Shown here: piece by piece, positions 37,283 through 46,569 of the stretch
Layout: each line of letters begins with the position of its first letter
Position numbering within the stretch: position 1 is the first letter of the stretch
Assembly: GCA_013202295.1 (NCBI GenBank)
Contig: JABMRT010000064.1
Location: forward strand, 3,362 to 67,361
Origin: Candidatus Zhuqueibacterota bacterium
GTDB lineage: Bacteria; Zhuqueibacterota; QNDG01; JABMRT01
Direction of reading: 5' to 3'
DNA: 64,000 nucleotides
The notes under the pieces: model-generated
The model's input: the letters and a program-made list of their open reading frames with translations, nothing else
Database searches by the model: none
What the model was told of the DNA's origin: nothing
Position numbers and translations under genes: made by a program

Positions 37283-38167
37283 ATGAAATTAATGAGTCAT
37301 ATTGTTATTTTACTACTAATCGGTTGTTTGGTGGTTCCCTCAGTAATGGGTCAAAGTTTGGAGGAACGACTTGAAGAATTAGCGGGAGATATTGGTACTG
37401 GATATCTTCAACCGCTGGCTGATGCAGTTGGTGCCAACTTAAACAGTGGTCTCTACCATACTGCAAAGGTGAAAAAAGGCGGGCTTCATTTCTATGTCGG
37501 AATTGATGGTGTTGGCGCGTTGATCTCAGAAGATCAGAGGGTATTTACAGCAGTAAATGATTTGGGTGAGGAATATGAAAACGTGCCCACCATTTTTGGT
37601 CGAGATGAGGATGAAACTATCACATTCAACGGAGCCGATGTCAATCTTAAAGGATTTAATTTAAAAATGTTTCCTATTGTAGCACCGCGACTCACCATTG
37701 GTAATATTATGGGTACGGAATTAATGCTACGTGTTGTCGAACTGAATATCGGAGCAGATTTTGGTAAATTTTCAATGCAAGGATACGGAATTCGGCACAG
37801 CATCAGCCAGTATTTTCCTCTGTCGCCAATTGATATGAGTTTTACACTTTTCGTTCAGGACATCAAGATCGGAGATATCGTCAGTATTTCGACTCATTAT
37901 TTTGGGATTCAGGCCAGTAAAAAATTTCTGGCACTTGAATTATATGGTGGTGTGGGTATAGAAGGCGCCAGCTTAAAAGCAGAATATACTTTAGGCGAGG
38001 AATTTCAAAGTTTTCCAAATGAAACAGTTTCTTTTTCACTCGATTCTAAGAACAGAACCCGTCTGAATGTGGGTGTGACCTTTCACCTGCTGTTGTTGAA
38101 GATTCATGCAGATTATAATCTTGCCTCACAGAAGACGTTTGTTGTGGGCGCGGGAATCGGATTATAG
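37283..38167 (+). CDS. Outer-membrane beta-barrel-like protein (DUF6588-like)
   Basis: Start moved to ATG 37283 (signal peptide); 'GYLQPLADAVGANLNSGLYHTAK', 'GYGIRHSISQY', amphipathic strands. Confidence 0.65.
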   Translation: MKLMSHIVILLLIGCLVVPSVMGQSLEERLEELAGDIGTGYLQPLADAVGANLNSGLYHTAKVKKGGLHFYVGIDGVGALISEDQRVFTAVNDLGEEYENVPTIFGRDEDETITFNGADVNLKGFNLKMFPIVAPRLTIGNIMGTELMLRVVELNIGADFGKFSMQGYGIRHSISQYFPLSPIDMSFTLFVQDIKIGDIVSISTHYFGIQASKKFLALELYGGVGIEGASLKAEYTLGEEFQSFPNETVSFSLDSKNRTRLNVGVTFHLLLLKIHADYNLASQKTFVVGAGIGL

Positions 38168-38262
38168 ATAGAATTCCATCGGGGTCGCTTTAGGGGGATG
38201 AAAAAGTTACGGATCTGACTTTTCATTAAGAGCGATCTCATCACATCATTCGCTTATTTTTC

Positions 38263-38304
38263 AGACCGGGCTTTTTCGGCACAGGAGAAGTCTGGTCTTT
38301 TTTT
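38263..38304 (+). terminator. Possible terminator
   Basis: AGACCGGGCTTTT...GAGAAGTCTGGTCT followed by a T-run. Confidence 0.45.
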
Positions 38305-38312
38305 GAATACGA

Positions 38313-38630
38313 ATGAAACGTTTACAAGAAAATATAAGAATCCAGGCCTGTTTCTGCCACCATGAGGTAGTAAAAGGATTTTCTCTGTTCAGCGTGAATC
38401 GTTACCTTTGCAGCAGATGTTTGGGTATCTGTTTGGGCAGTATCCTCGCGATATTCTTTTATTATTTGGGAATTCAGGTTGGACTGCTTGCCGCTTTTTT
38501 TCTGATAATGCCTCTTGTCATTGATGGAATATTTCAGACTCTGCGAATCTATCAGAGCCGAAATGATATCCGAATGATATCAGGCGCATTGTTCGGATTG
38601 GGTTTGAATGTATTGGGATTGATCAGATGA
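38313..38630 (+). CDS. DUF2085-like membrane protein
   Basis: 'CH...SLF...LCSRCLGI...PLVIDGIFQ...SRNDIRMISGALFG'. Confidence 0.75.
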   Translation: MKRLQENIRIQACFCHHEVVKGFSLFSVNRYLCSRCLGICLGSILAIFFYYLGIQVGLLAAFFLIMPLVIDGIFQTLRIYQSRNDIRMISGALFGLGLNVLGLIR

Positions 38631-38929
38631 CAGATGATACCAAAATCTGCATTGGCATGCCTATGCTTGCAATAATCTTGGTCTGGTGCTTCATGGACTA
38701 TCGTTTCCTTTTAGCCAGTCTCATTTTTGGCGCCAGCCTGGCAGCTGGTTATTTCATAAGAAAACTGATTCGTAGAAAAAAAAGACACAAGAGAAAAAAA
38801 CGGCGAACTTCGCAAAGAGAGGATGTTCATATACCCGCAGAAGGATATGATCAATCCAATCAGTCTCATTATCAATCGGCTCAGCAGACCTATCATTATC
38901 ATTCAGGATCACATAGGTCTAAACTTTAA
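38627..38929 (+). CDS. Hypothetical membrane protein
   Basis: ATGA overlap with the upstream gene; two TM helices followed by a basic tail. Confidence 0.5.
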   Translation: MTDDTKICIGMPMLAIILVWCFMDYRFLLASLIFGASLAAGYFIRKLIRRKKRHKRKKRRTSQREDVHIPAEGYDQSNQSHYQSAQQTYHYHSGSHRSKL

Positions 38930-39001
38930 ACCTATGTTTCCCACAAAAACATCTATTTGTTTCTCGCCCTGCTATTTTACTTTTTATAAACAGGAGCACA
39001 G

Positions 39002-40312
39002 ATGAGTCTGGTTCATAAACTCAAATCACTTGATATGCAATGGAAAATCTTGATCGCGATTGTTTTGGGATTGACACTCGGTCTTACCTTAAATCAAACA
39101 GTTGGGCCCAATGTTCAGGAAGGCCCCTTTTTTATTCTGAAGACGCTGTTTCAATACGGTGGTGATATATTCATCCGGCTGCTTCGCATGACCATCATCC
39201 CGCTGGTGTTCGCCTCCATTTTTATGTCCATCGTAAATCTGGGCAACATACGAAAGCTCAAGCGTATCGGATCGGTTACTGTGGTCTATTATCTTACCAC
39301 AACTGCTTTAGCGGTTTTGGTTGGGATGCTGCTTGTCAATTGGATTCATCCCGGGCGGGGAATTGACCCTGCGGCGATTGAGGCGATGCAGATTGAATCT
39401 GTGGTGCCAGAATCCGTGGCTGCCCAGGGTGTGGGTGAGCGCAGTTCCCTGTTGATCATTCTGGATCAACTGGTCGATATGATCCCTAAAAATCCGATAC
39501 AAGCCATGGCAAAGGGTAACATTCTTCAACTGATTTTCTACACGATATTTTTTGCGCTCATCGCCGCAACACTCGGGAAGGAGGTTGAGCCTGTTGTGCG
39601 GGTCATTGAAGGCATTGACCGGATTATGCACAAATTCATTCTGGTGATTATGAAGATTGCGCCTTACTGTATCTTCTTTCTTGTCACTGTACTGATCATG
39701 GATCTGGGATTCAGCGTGCTTGGTGCATTGGGTAAATATGCGCTGACTGTGCTTCTGGGCCTGATTATTCATGCGGGGATCACATTGCCGATCCTGGTTC
39801 TTGTATTCGGTAAATATAATCCAATTAAGCTTTTTAAGGCAGTTCTCCCAGCTGTTCTTACGGCTTGGTCCACAGCATCAAGTGCGGCCACCTTGCCGAT
39901 TACGATGGATTGTATCGAGAAGAAAGCCGGCGTGGATCGTAAAATCGGTACATTTGTCCTACCGCTTGGCGCGACCGTGAACATGGATGGCACCGCGCTC
40001 TATGAATCTGTGGCTGTGATTTTTATAGCTGAGCTTCTGGGATTTGATCTCACAATCGGTACACAGATGATCATTTTTGTGACTGCGACGTTGGCAGCGA
40101 TTGGGGCGGCAGCTATTCCCTCCGCTGGACTAGTTACGATGGGTATTGTGCTCACCGCTGCCGGGTTACCTTTGGAGGGTATCGGTCTTATTTTAGCGAT
40201 TGACCGTATTTTAGATCAATTCCGTACGGCAGTGAATGTGTGGGGTGATTCAACTGCGGCTGTGGTTGTCGGGCGGATTGAGGGGGCGATAACGGAACTA
40301 AAACAAGATTAG
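39002..40312 (+). CDS. Dicarboxylate/amino acid:cation symporter (DAACS, GltP/GltT-like)
   Basis: 'STASSAATLP', 'PLGATVNMDGTALY', 'IDRILDQFRTAVNVWGD'. Confidence 0.95.
   Translation: MSLVHKLKSLDMQWKILIAIVLGLTLGLTLNQTVGPNVQEGPFFILKTLFQYGGDIFIRLLRMTIIPLVFASIFMSIVNLGNIRKLKRIGSVTVVYYLTTTALAVLVGMLLVNWIHPGRGIDPAAIEAMQIESVVPESVAAQGVGERSSLLIILDQLVDMIPKNPIQAMAKGNILQLIFYTIFFALIAATLGKEVEPVVRVIEGIDRIMHKFILVIMKIAPYCIFFLVTVLIMDLGFSVLGALGKYALTVLLGLIIHAGITLPILVLVFGKYNPIKLFKAVLPAVLTAWSTASSAATLPITMDCIEKKAGVDRKIGTFVLPLGATVNMDGTALYESVAVIFIAELLGFDLTIGTQMIIFVTATLAAIGAAAIPSAGLVTMGIVLTAAGLPLEGIGLILAIDRILDQFRTAVNVWGDSTAAVVVGRIEGAITELKQD
40232..40306 (+). repeat. Direct repeat copy 1 (3' end of the DAACS gene)
   Basis: Aligns without gaps to 41896-41970; 60/75 nt identical by manual count. 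Confidence 0.85.
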
Positions 40313-40334
40313 TCATATTTATTTTCAAAACATG

Positions 40335-40363
40335 TTGCAATTACGTTTTCAATTATTTATATT
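40335..40363 (+). promoter_or_regulatory. Putative sigma70 promoter of the Fic gene
   Basis: TTGCAA-17 nt-TATATT. Confidence 0.5.
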
Positions 40364-40410
40364 GATCACTCTGTAAGTAATATAAATATAATTAACTAGG
40401 CCTTTCAAAT

Positions 40411-41553
40411 ATGGGTTCATTTCCTGTTCACAAAGAGATGACATTTAAATCTGGAAAATTTACATTTAGTGCAAAATTTTCGGATGAAAAACTAACATCA
40501 AATTTAATCGAAAGTGAAATATTATTTAAAACAATCAATGACTTGCCAATATTGCCTAGTATTTCAGCTCAAATGCAAGAGGAGATAGTAAAACGATCAA
40601 TATTCAGTACCGCTGCACTTGAGGGAAACCCATTACCTGAAAAAGCAGTAATTGAAATTTTAAATCAAGATAATTATAATGAGAATTCCGAGAGAGCAAA
40701 GAAAGAAATCCAAAACTTAAAGGAGGCATATAAATATTTAAGGGCAATCTATCCTCCAGACAATTACCATAAGATAGGTGAAGAATTGATAAGAAATATC
40801 CATAAATCTATTACCAGTGGGATAAATTATAATGATAATAGCCCTGGAAAATTTCGTAATTTTATGGTTAAAGTTGGAGATGCCAACCATGGTGGCATAT
40901 ATACACCGCCTAAAATCCTTAAGGATATTTCAAATCTTATAAAGATTTTTATTGAATGGATCAATTGTGATGAGATGATGAAAATCAATCCTATTATAAG
41001 AGCTGCGTTGTCTCATTATCATTTGGGGCTCATTCATCCTTTTGGAGATGGAAACGGCCGAACAGCGAGGCTTGTTGAAGCGATAATACTTCAGACATCT
41101 GGATTTAGATATGTACCTGTGATGCTTTCAAATTTCTATTACAGAAATATAGATGATTATTATTGGGCTTTTTCTAAATCTATTAGAAATAAAGAGGATG
41201 ATGTCACAGATTTTCTTGAGTTTGTACTTAGAGGAATGATTGAATCATTAAATGAAATAAAAGAAACAATTACCTTCCATATCAGGGTATTAACCTTAAA
41301 AGACTACTTCTTATTTTTATACTCTGAGAAGAAAATTACTAATAGGCAGTATGATCTATTGTTAATATTGATAGAAAACATACATTACCAATTTACATTA
41401 AATGAAATACATAAGTCACACCCACTCAATATTTTATATCGAAATGTGAGCCCAAGTACAATCAGAAGAGATATTAAAAAACTGCTTGGTTTAGGGTTGT
41501 TGAAGGCTGTTAATGAACAAGGTTTTCAAATTAATCTCAATGCTTTGGAATAG
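40411..41553 (+). CDS. Fic-domain protein (class II, with C-terminal HTH)
   Basis: Catalytic HPFGDGNGRTAR; inhibitory (S/T)xxxE(G/N) motif in STAALEGN; 'SPSTIRRDIKKL'; visibly AT-rich. Confidence 0.93.
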   Translation: MGSFPVHKEMTFKSGKFTFSAKFSDEKLTSNLIESEILFKTINDLPILPSISAQMQEEIVKRSIFSTAALEGNPLPEKAVIEILNQDNYNENSERAKKEIQNLKEAYKYLRAIYPPDNYHKIGEELIRNIHKSITSGINYNDNSPGKFRNFMVKVGDANHGGIYTPPKILKDISNLIKIFIEWINCDEMMKINPIIRAALSHYHLGLIHPFGDGNGRTARLVEAIILQTSGFRYVPVMLSNFYYRNIDDYYWAFSKSIRNKEDDVTDFLEFVLRGMIESLNEIKETITFHIRVLTLKDYFLFLYSEKKITNRQYDLLLILIENIHYQFTLNEIHKSHPLNILYRNVSPSTIRRDIKKLLGLGLLKAVNEQGFQINLNALE

Positions 41554-41596
41554 TCTCTTTCTTGTTCTATTTACATATTCTTAATATATTTAAAGA

Positions 41597-41851
41597 ATGA
41601 CACCCAAACAAAAAGCAATAAATGCCATACAGGAAATGCCTGATTCAATAGATTGGGCAGATATTGAAGAGCGCATCAGCTTCTTGGCTGCGATCGATCA
41701 TGGTTTAGAAGATGTCAACGCAGGGTGCGTTGTAACTCATCAACAGGTGAAAGAAAGAATTCTTGATGGTTTCAAAAAAATTCGAGCAAAGCAAAAGGTA
41801 GCTCAACCAGGTGAAATCAAAGAGATGATTATACAAGACCGAAAGAGATAA
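41597..41851 (+). CDS. Small antitoxin-like protein (orphan)
   Basis: 'KQKAINAIQEMPD..DWADIEERI..LAAIDHGLEDVNAG.VVTHQQVKER' resembles proteins usually found upstream of RelE/ParE toxins; no toxin ORF follows. Confidence 0.55.
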   Translation: MTPKQKAINAIQEMPDSIDWADIEERISFLAAIDHGLEDVNAGCVVTHQQVKERILDGFKKIRAKQKVAQPGEIKEMIIQDRKR

Positions 41852-41895
41852 GACACATCTCATTTAAAATTATCAATAGCAATTCAATCTTATAA

Positions 41896-41970
41896 GCGAA
41901 CGTGTGGGGTGATTCTACTGCCATTTTGTTTGTGGGGTGGATTGAGGGGGCGATAACAGAGGTTAAATAA
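41896..41970 (+). repeat. Direct repeat copy 2: degenerate DAACS 3'-end fragment
   Basis: Translates ANVWGDSTAILFVGWIEGAITEVK-stop versus VNVWGDSTAAVVVGRIEGAITELKQ in the intact gene. Confidence 0.85.
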
Positions 41971-41975
41971 ATATC

Positions 41976-42008
41976 AAGTCCCCGGCACTTGCGAAGTGCC
42001 GGGGACTT
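41976..42008. repeat. Perfect 33-bp hairpin (REP-like or terminator)
   Basis: AAGTCCCCGGCACTT-GCG-AAGTGCCGGGGACTT, 15-bp arms. Confidence 0.8.
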
Positions 42009-42043
42009 CCACTTGATAAACCATCCCCTAAGAAATCTTCATA

Positions 42044-42124
42044 TTGTACTTTTTTTCACAAAAAACTATTGACAAGAATAATTCTATTCTGTATATTCGA
42101 GAAGTATTGTGAAACAAAGTACAA
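42044..42124 (+). promoter_or_regulatory. Sigma70 promoter bracketed by two inverted Rex-like operators
   Basis: TTGACA(42069)-17-TATATT(42092); boxes TTGTACTTTTTTTCACAA (42044-42061) and TTGTGAAACAAAGTACAA (42107-42124) versus the Rex consensus TTGTGAA-N4-TTCACAA. Confidence 0.7.
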
Positions 42125-42400
42125 TAAGTCTAGAATCACATTTTTTTTGTTGAAGATATTTTCGTGTTCTTTGGCAATATCTCTTGAATGCACCCAACGC
42201 TGATTCCGATTGATAAATCGTCCTCAGATTTTTAAAATTGCGTCCTCCTTTCTGACAAGAATCCAAATTGTAATTCCAACACCATCCTCACTTATCAGCA
42301 TCTAATTCATTTAAGCATTCCCTTTACTCCAGAAACACTCTGATGGTATGCATTCAAGCTATTGCATGAATGGTATTCAATTCACAATAGGAGTACGCCG

Positions 42401-43438
42401 ATGCTGATAAAAGAACAGGCCTTGCTTTCATTTTTTGAAAAATGTGCAGATGGAAGTGTTGGAGCGTATTCAGAAGTTATTGTCCCTATCCTGACAGAAG
42501 GGCAGGATGGGCAAACTCGACTGGCTCCCTTCTCAAAAGAAAAAACATGCATTCTCGATGGATTCCGCTCAGTAGATCCCACAAAAATTCTCTATTACAT
42601 GCCTCGGGAAAAAGTGCTTCCCGTTGAAACATCCAACAAAAAACGTATTGTAGCTGGCGTGAAAGCCTGCGATGTCAAGGCCATGCAGGTGCTTGATACG
42701 GCCCTGGCCGGTGAGGATTTTGTGGATCCTGTGTATCAGGCGTGGCGTGAAGATACAGTGCTCATCAGCACGGATTGTTCCTCAACAGCGCCGACTTGTC
42801 ATTGCACGATTCTGGGCGGCACTCCCTATGCTGAATCCGGATTTGATCTGAATTTATCCAAACTGGGTGATTCCTACATTATCCAGACCGGATCGGAAAA
42901 AGGAGAGGCATTCCTCAAATTCCTCGAAAAGAACGCGGATGTTCAAAAATCAAACGACGCGGATGTGAAGGCCGTGCAGGACAACCGCAAGAAGATGGCC
43001 GATCAAGTGGCCGCGCAGAACAAGGATCTGGAACGGTCCGACAATTATCCCAATCTTCGAAAAGATATGGATAAAGAGTGGCCCGTGGCATCCGAGACCT
43101 GCGTGGGGTGTGGAGCATGTACAAATATTTGCCCGACCTGTTACTGTCTGATCCTGAATGATGAAACCAAGGCGCAACAGTTTGTGAAAGTGCGCGGTTA
43201 CGATTCCTGCCAGTGGCACGGATACGCGCGAGTCGCCGGCGGGGATTCACCCAGACCGAAGATGTCCCAGCGCTTCCGCAATCGTTATTTGTGTAAATTC
43301 CTCTTTATGCAGAGTAATTTCAATCAGCTGGGCTGCACAGGATGCGGCCGTTGCACAGAGGCTTGCGCGGGGAATATTGACTTCCGCAAAGTCGTGAAGC
43401 GGATTGTGGACGGCGTTGAAATGGCAGTGGTTGATTAA
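42401..43438 (+). CDS. 4Fe-4S dicluster protein, sulfhydrogenase beta/AsrA-like
   Basis: Start moved to ATG 42401 (RBS AGGAG); 'GVKACDV', CVGCGACTNICPTCYC, YDSC, 'RFRNRYLCKF', CTGCGRCTEAC. Confidence 0.88.
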   Translation: MLIKEQALLSFFEKCADGSVGAYSEVIVPILTEGQDGQTRLAPFSKEKTCILDGFRSVDPTKILYYMPREKVLPVETSNKKRIVAGVKACDVKAMQVLDTALAGEDFVDPVYQAWREDTVLISTDCSSTAPTCHCTILGGTPYAESGFDLNLSKLGDSYIIQTGSEKGEAFLKFLEKNADVQKSNDADVKAVQDNRKKMADQVAAQNKDLERSDNYPNLRKDMDKEWPVASETCVGCGACTNICPTCYCLILNDETKAQQFVKVRGYDSCQWHGYARVAGGDSPRPKMSQRFRNRYLCKFLFMQSNFNQLGCTGCGRCTEACAGNIDFRKVVKRIVDGVEMAVVD

Positions 43439-43473
43439 AGATTACAACCAACTATTTAAGTTGGAGGAGATAG

Positions 43474-44295
43474 ATGCAAAATCCATTTGAAGTGATTCCG
43501 GCTGAAATTTATGATGTGAAACAGGAGTCACCGCTGATCCGGACATTGAGCCTGAAACCGGAGAAACCGATCGAGTTCCAGACAGGTCAATTCATGGAAC
43601 TCACAATTCCAGGAGTCGGCGAGGCGCCTTTCACACCCTCCACCTCTCACTTTGTGAAAGACAAGATGGACATTACAATCATGAAAACAGGATTCATGAC
43701 CGAGTATGTGCATCAGGCCAAGGTGGGGGATAAGGTCGGACTGCGTGGACCGTTCGGTACGAATTATCCACTCGACAAATTCGAGGGCAAGGATTTGCTC
43801 ATCCTCGGCGGTGGATGTGGACTGGCGCCATTACGTTCGCTTTTCCTAACCCTGCTCGATGAAGTGGATCGATACAGGAGTATCACATTCCTGGCCGGCT
43901 CAAAAAGTCCCAAAGACTGCATTTACAAAGATGCGGCAGCCGGATGGAAAAAACATCCCACAGTAAAATTCCATCGTGCTGTCGATGTCGTCCCGGAAGG
44001 TGAAAAATGGGATGAGGATGTGGGTGTGGTCACAGTCCTTTTGAAAAAGAGTGAGATTGATCCGGCGAACAATCCGGCCGTGGTATGTGGACCGCCGGTC
44101 ATGATGAAATTCGGAACGATGGATCTGCTGAAAATGGGATATAAAGAAGAGAACATATATTTATCCATGGAAAAAAAGATGTATTGTGGGCATGGGCAGT
44201 GCCGTCATTGCGTAATGGGTGAATATTACGCGTGCAAGCACGGACCTGTGTTTCCTTACGCACAAATCAAGGATGAGGAGGCGATCTGGGAATGA
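43474..44295 (+). CDS. FAD/NAD(P)-binding 2Fe-2S protein, sulfhydrogenase gamma/AsrB-like
   Basis: 'GQFMELTIPGVGEAPF', 'LRGPFG', 'GGGCGLAPLRS', 'VCGPPVMM', CGHGQCRHC...C. Confidence 0.9.
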   Translation: MQNPFEVIPAEIYDVKQESPLIRTLSLKPEKPIEFQTGQFMELTIPGVGEAPFTPSTSHFVKDKMDITIMKTGFMTEYVHQAKVGDKVGLRGPFGTNYPLDKFEGKDLLILGGGCGLAPLRSLFLTLLDEVDRYRSITFLAGSKSPKDCIYKDAAAGWKKHPTVKFHRAVDVVPEGEKWDEDVGVVTVLLKKSEIDPANNPAVVCGPPVMMKFGTMDLLKMGYKEENIYLSMEKKMYCGHGQCRHCVMGEYYACKHGPVFPYAQIKDEEAIWE

Positions 44296-44795
44296 AACGA
44301 CTAGTCATCGATGTCCCGGCCCTCATGGAATCCGATGTGCCGGCCGAAAAGATCAAATGCGAATATCTGTTTCACCGCAAGAATCCGGGCCCCTTCTCGG
44401 TGCTTGAAGTAGCAGAGTTCGCATCGTATTGCCGTCAATGCCGTGACGCCTTCTGCGTATCGGCCTGTCCGAAAGAGGCGCTTGAACGACAGGATGATGG
44501 TATGATCAAACGGTACAACATGCGCTGTGTGGGATGCAAGAGCTGTGTTCTGGCTTGCCCCTTCGGATGCATTTTTCCTGAGGTAATCAATTATATTACG
44601 GCCAAATGCGATAATTGTCTGAATCAACTCTCCGAAAATCCCGATTACCAGCCAGCCTGTGTCAAATCCGCACCTGCGGAAAGCTTCAGCATGCAGGATG
44701 TGGCCAAGGAAGATCCTGAAAATCATCTCTATTTTGTCGGAGATCATATCGCGGTCAAGAGCCCCGGATGGCGGCAGAAGGAGGGGAAAGCATGA
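44292..44795 (+). CDS. 4Fe-4S electron-transfer subunit (HycB/CooF-like)
   Basis: CRQCRDAFCVSACP, CVGCKSCVLACPFG, KCDNC...PACV. Confidence 0.85.
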   Translation: MKRLVIDVPALMESDVPAEKIKCEYLFHRKNPGPFSVLEVAEFASYCRQCRDAFCVSACPKEALERQDDGMIKRYNMRCVGCKSCVLACPFGCIFPEVINYITAKCDNCLNQLSENPDYQPACVKSAPAESFSMQDVAKEDPENHLYFVGDHIAVKSPGWRQKEGKA

Positions 44796-45715
44796 TAGGA
44801 CTCAAACTGCTTCTTCTCCTCGGCTTCATGCTGGGAACGGCCGTGTTCGGCCTGATCGTCGGATGGGTGGATCGCAAAGTGTCCGCGCGCGTGCAGTTCC
44901 GTGTGGGCCCGCCACTGCTTCAGAATTTTAATGACTTTTTTAAACTCATGGGCAAAGAGACTATCCTTGTCAAAGAGGGAATTCACTGGCTCTTCATTGC
45001 CGCACCGCTTGCAGCGTTCAGCATGCTGGCTGTGATCTCGACCATGATTTGGGTGGCTTTAATCCTGAATCAGGGATTCGGAGGCGATCTGATTGTCGTG
45101 ATGTATCTCATGATGATTTACTCTGTGATGATCGTGATTGGTGGATCCAGCACAGGGAATGTGTACTCCTCCATCGGTGCGGGGCGCGAAATCAAGCTCC
45201 TCCTGGGAGACGAACTGGTCTTTATTCTTGTTTGTCTGGTGCCGATTATTCAAACCAATTACGCGCTGCAGCTCGATCAAATCATTGCAAAACAAGCGGA
45301 AAACGGCATGGTGATCGGGTCCGTATCTGGTACGATCGCTTTTATTCTCGGGCTTCTCTGCATTCAGGCGAAAATAGCGATGCCGCCATTCCACATTGCC
45401 GAAGCTGAGACCGAACTGGTTGAGGGTCCGCTCATGGAGTACAGCGGTCCGCTGCTTGCCTTCTGGAAGCTTAACCATCACATGATGATTGTAGCCTATC
45501 CACTGCTTCTCGTTCTTCTCTTTTTCGGCGGATTCAATCTGCAGGGCATCGGCATTCTCTGGGCCGTTCTGAAATATCTTGTGATTGTGGTTTTAATGAT
45601 TCTGATTAAAAATACAAATCCCCGTATACGCATCGATACCGCGCTCCATTTCTTCTGGCGCATCGCTGCACCGCTGGGACTCATTGCTGTCATCTTAGCC
45701 GTTCTGGGAGTTTAA
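44792..45715 (+). CDS. Hydrogenase membrane anchor (NuoH/HycD/MbhM-like)
   Basis: ATGA overlap at 44792; 'DRKVSARVQFRVGPPLLQ...KE', 'PFHIAEAETELVEGPLMEYSG', 'PRIRID'. Confidence 0.92.
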   Translation: MIGLKLLLLLGFMLGTAVFGLIVGWVDRKVSARVQFRVGPPLLQNFNDFFKLMGKETILVKEGIHWLFIAAPLAAFSMLAVISTMIWVALILNQGFGGDLIVVMYLMMIYSVMIVIGGSSTGNVYSSIGAGREIKLLLGDELVFILVCLVPIIQTNYALQLDQIIAKQAENGMVIGSVSGTIAFILGLLCIQAKIAMPPFHIAEAETELVEGPLMEYSGPLLAFWKLNHHMMIVAYPLLLVLLFFGGFNLQGIGILWAVLKYLVIVVLMILIKNTNPRIRIDTALHFFWRIAAPLGLIAVILAVLGV

Positions 45716-45716
45716 T

Positions 45717-46136
45717 ATGGGATGGTATAACAAACGATTGGCCAAATCAATCTGGGTGTTTCATGTGAGTGCATCGCCGTGTAATAATTGCGATATCGAA
45801 ATCCTGGATTTGCTCACACCCAAATATGACGTTGAACGACTCGGCATCAAGCTGGTCGGCTCGGTCCGCCACGCAGATGTGCTTCTCGTATCCGGAGTGA
45901 TCAATCAGAAGGTTGCTCCAATGGTCAAAAAAATATACGAGCAGGCGCCGAAGCCGATTTTTGTGATGGGTGTCGGCACCTGTCCCTCAGGCGGATGCTG
46001 TTTCAACGACAGTTATAATATCGTGGAGAACCGGGAGGATGTTATTCCGTTCGACATCTACGTACCAGGATGTCCACCCAAACCTGAGGCCATGATTGCC
46101 GGAGCCGCAAAATTGATGGAGGTGCTGAATGGATAG
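45717..46136 (+). CDS. Group 4 hydrogenase small subunit (NuoB/HycG/MbhJ-like)
   Basis: CNNCDIE, 'RHADVLLVSG', GTC, PGCPPKPEA. Confidence 0.92.
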   Translation: MGWYNKRLAKSIWVFHVSASPCNNCDIEILDLLTPKYDVERLGIKLVGSVRHADVLLVSGVINQKVAPMVKKIYEQAPKPIFVMGVGTCPSGGCCFNDSYNIVENREDVIPFDIYVPGCPPKPEAMIAGAAKLMEVLNG

Positions 46137-46569
46137 AACTGACCGCACCGACGATTTCCTCAAGAAATTTGAAGGCAAATTAACGAATGTCATTCGCAAA
46201 CCGAAACGCCTCTATTTTGTGGTGGATGACAAGGATATCCGTGAAGTTGCACAGTATATCTTTCGCGACATGGCTTGCCGGCTCTCCACGGCCACAGCCA
46301 CCGAAGTGTATGACGCGATTGAAGTCCTTTATCAATTTTCTCATGATCCCTCAGGGTGTTATTTCTGCCCTCGTGTCCGGATCAAAGATAAAAAGAATCC
46401 AACTATGAATTCCATAACGCCCGTTGTGAAGGGCGCAAATTGGATCGAACGTGAAATGTTTGACTTCTGGGGCGTGACGTTTAAAGATCACCCCCGGCCT
46501 GAACCGCTTCTTTCCAGGAATCATCCGAACAAGCTCGATAAACCGCTCCGGTTCGGGAGGGTCTCATGA
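46129..46569 (+). CDS. NuoC/MbhK-like subunit
   Basis: 'SITPVVKGANWIEREMFDFWGVTFKDHP'. Confidence 0.9.
   Translation: MDRTDRTDDFLKKFEGKLTNVIRKPKRLYFVVDDKDIREVAQYIFRDMACRLSTATATEVYDAIEVLYQFSHDPSGCYFCPRVRIKDKKNPTMNSITPVVKGANWIEREMFDFWGVTFKDHPRPEPLLSRNHPNKLDKPLRFGRVS

Noticed and set aside
42401..44295. Anaerobic sulfite reductase or soluble group 3b hydrogenase
   Set aside because: No AsrC siroheme subunit and no group 3b large or small subunits in the window; the only catalytic subunit is group 4-like.
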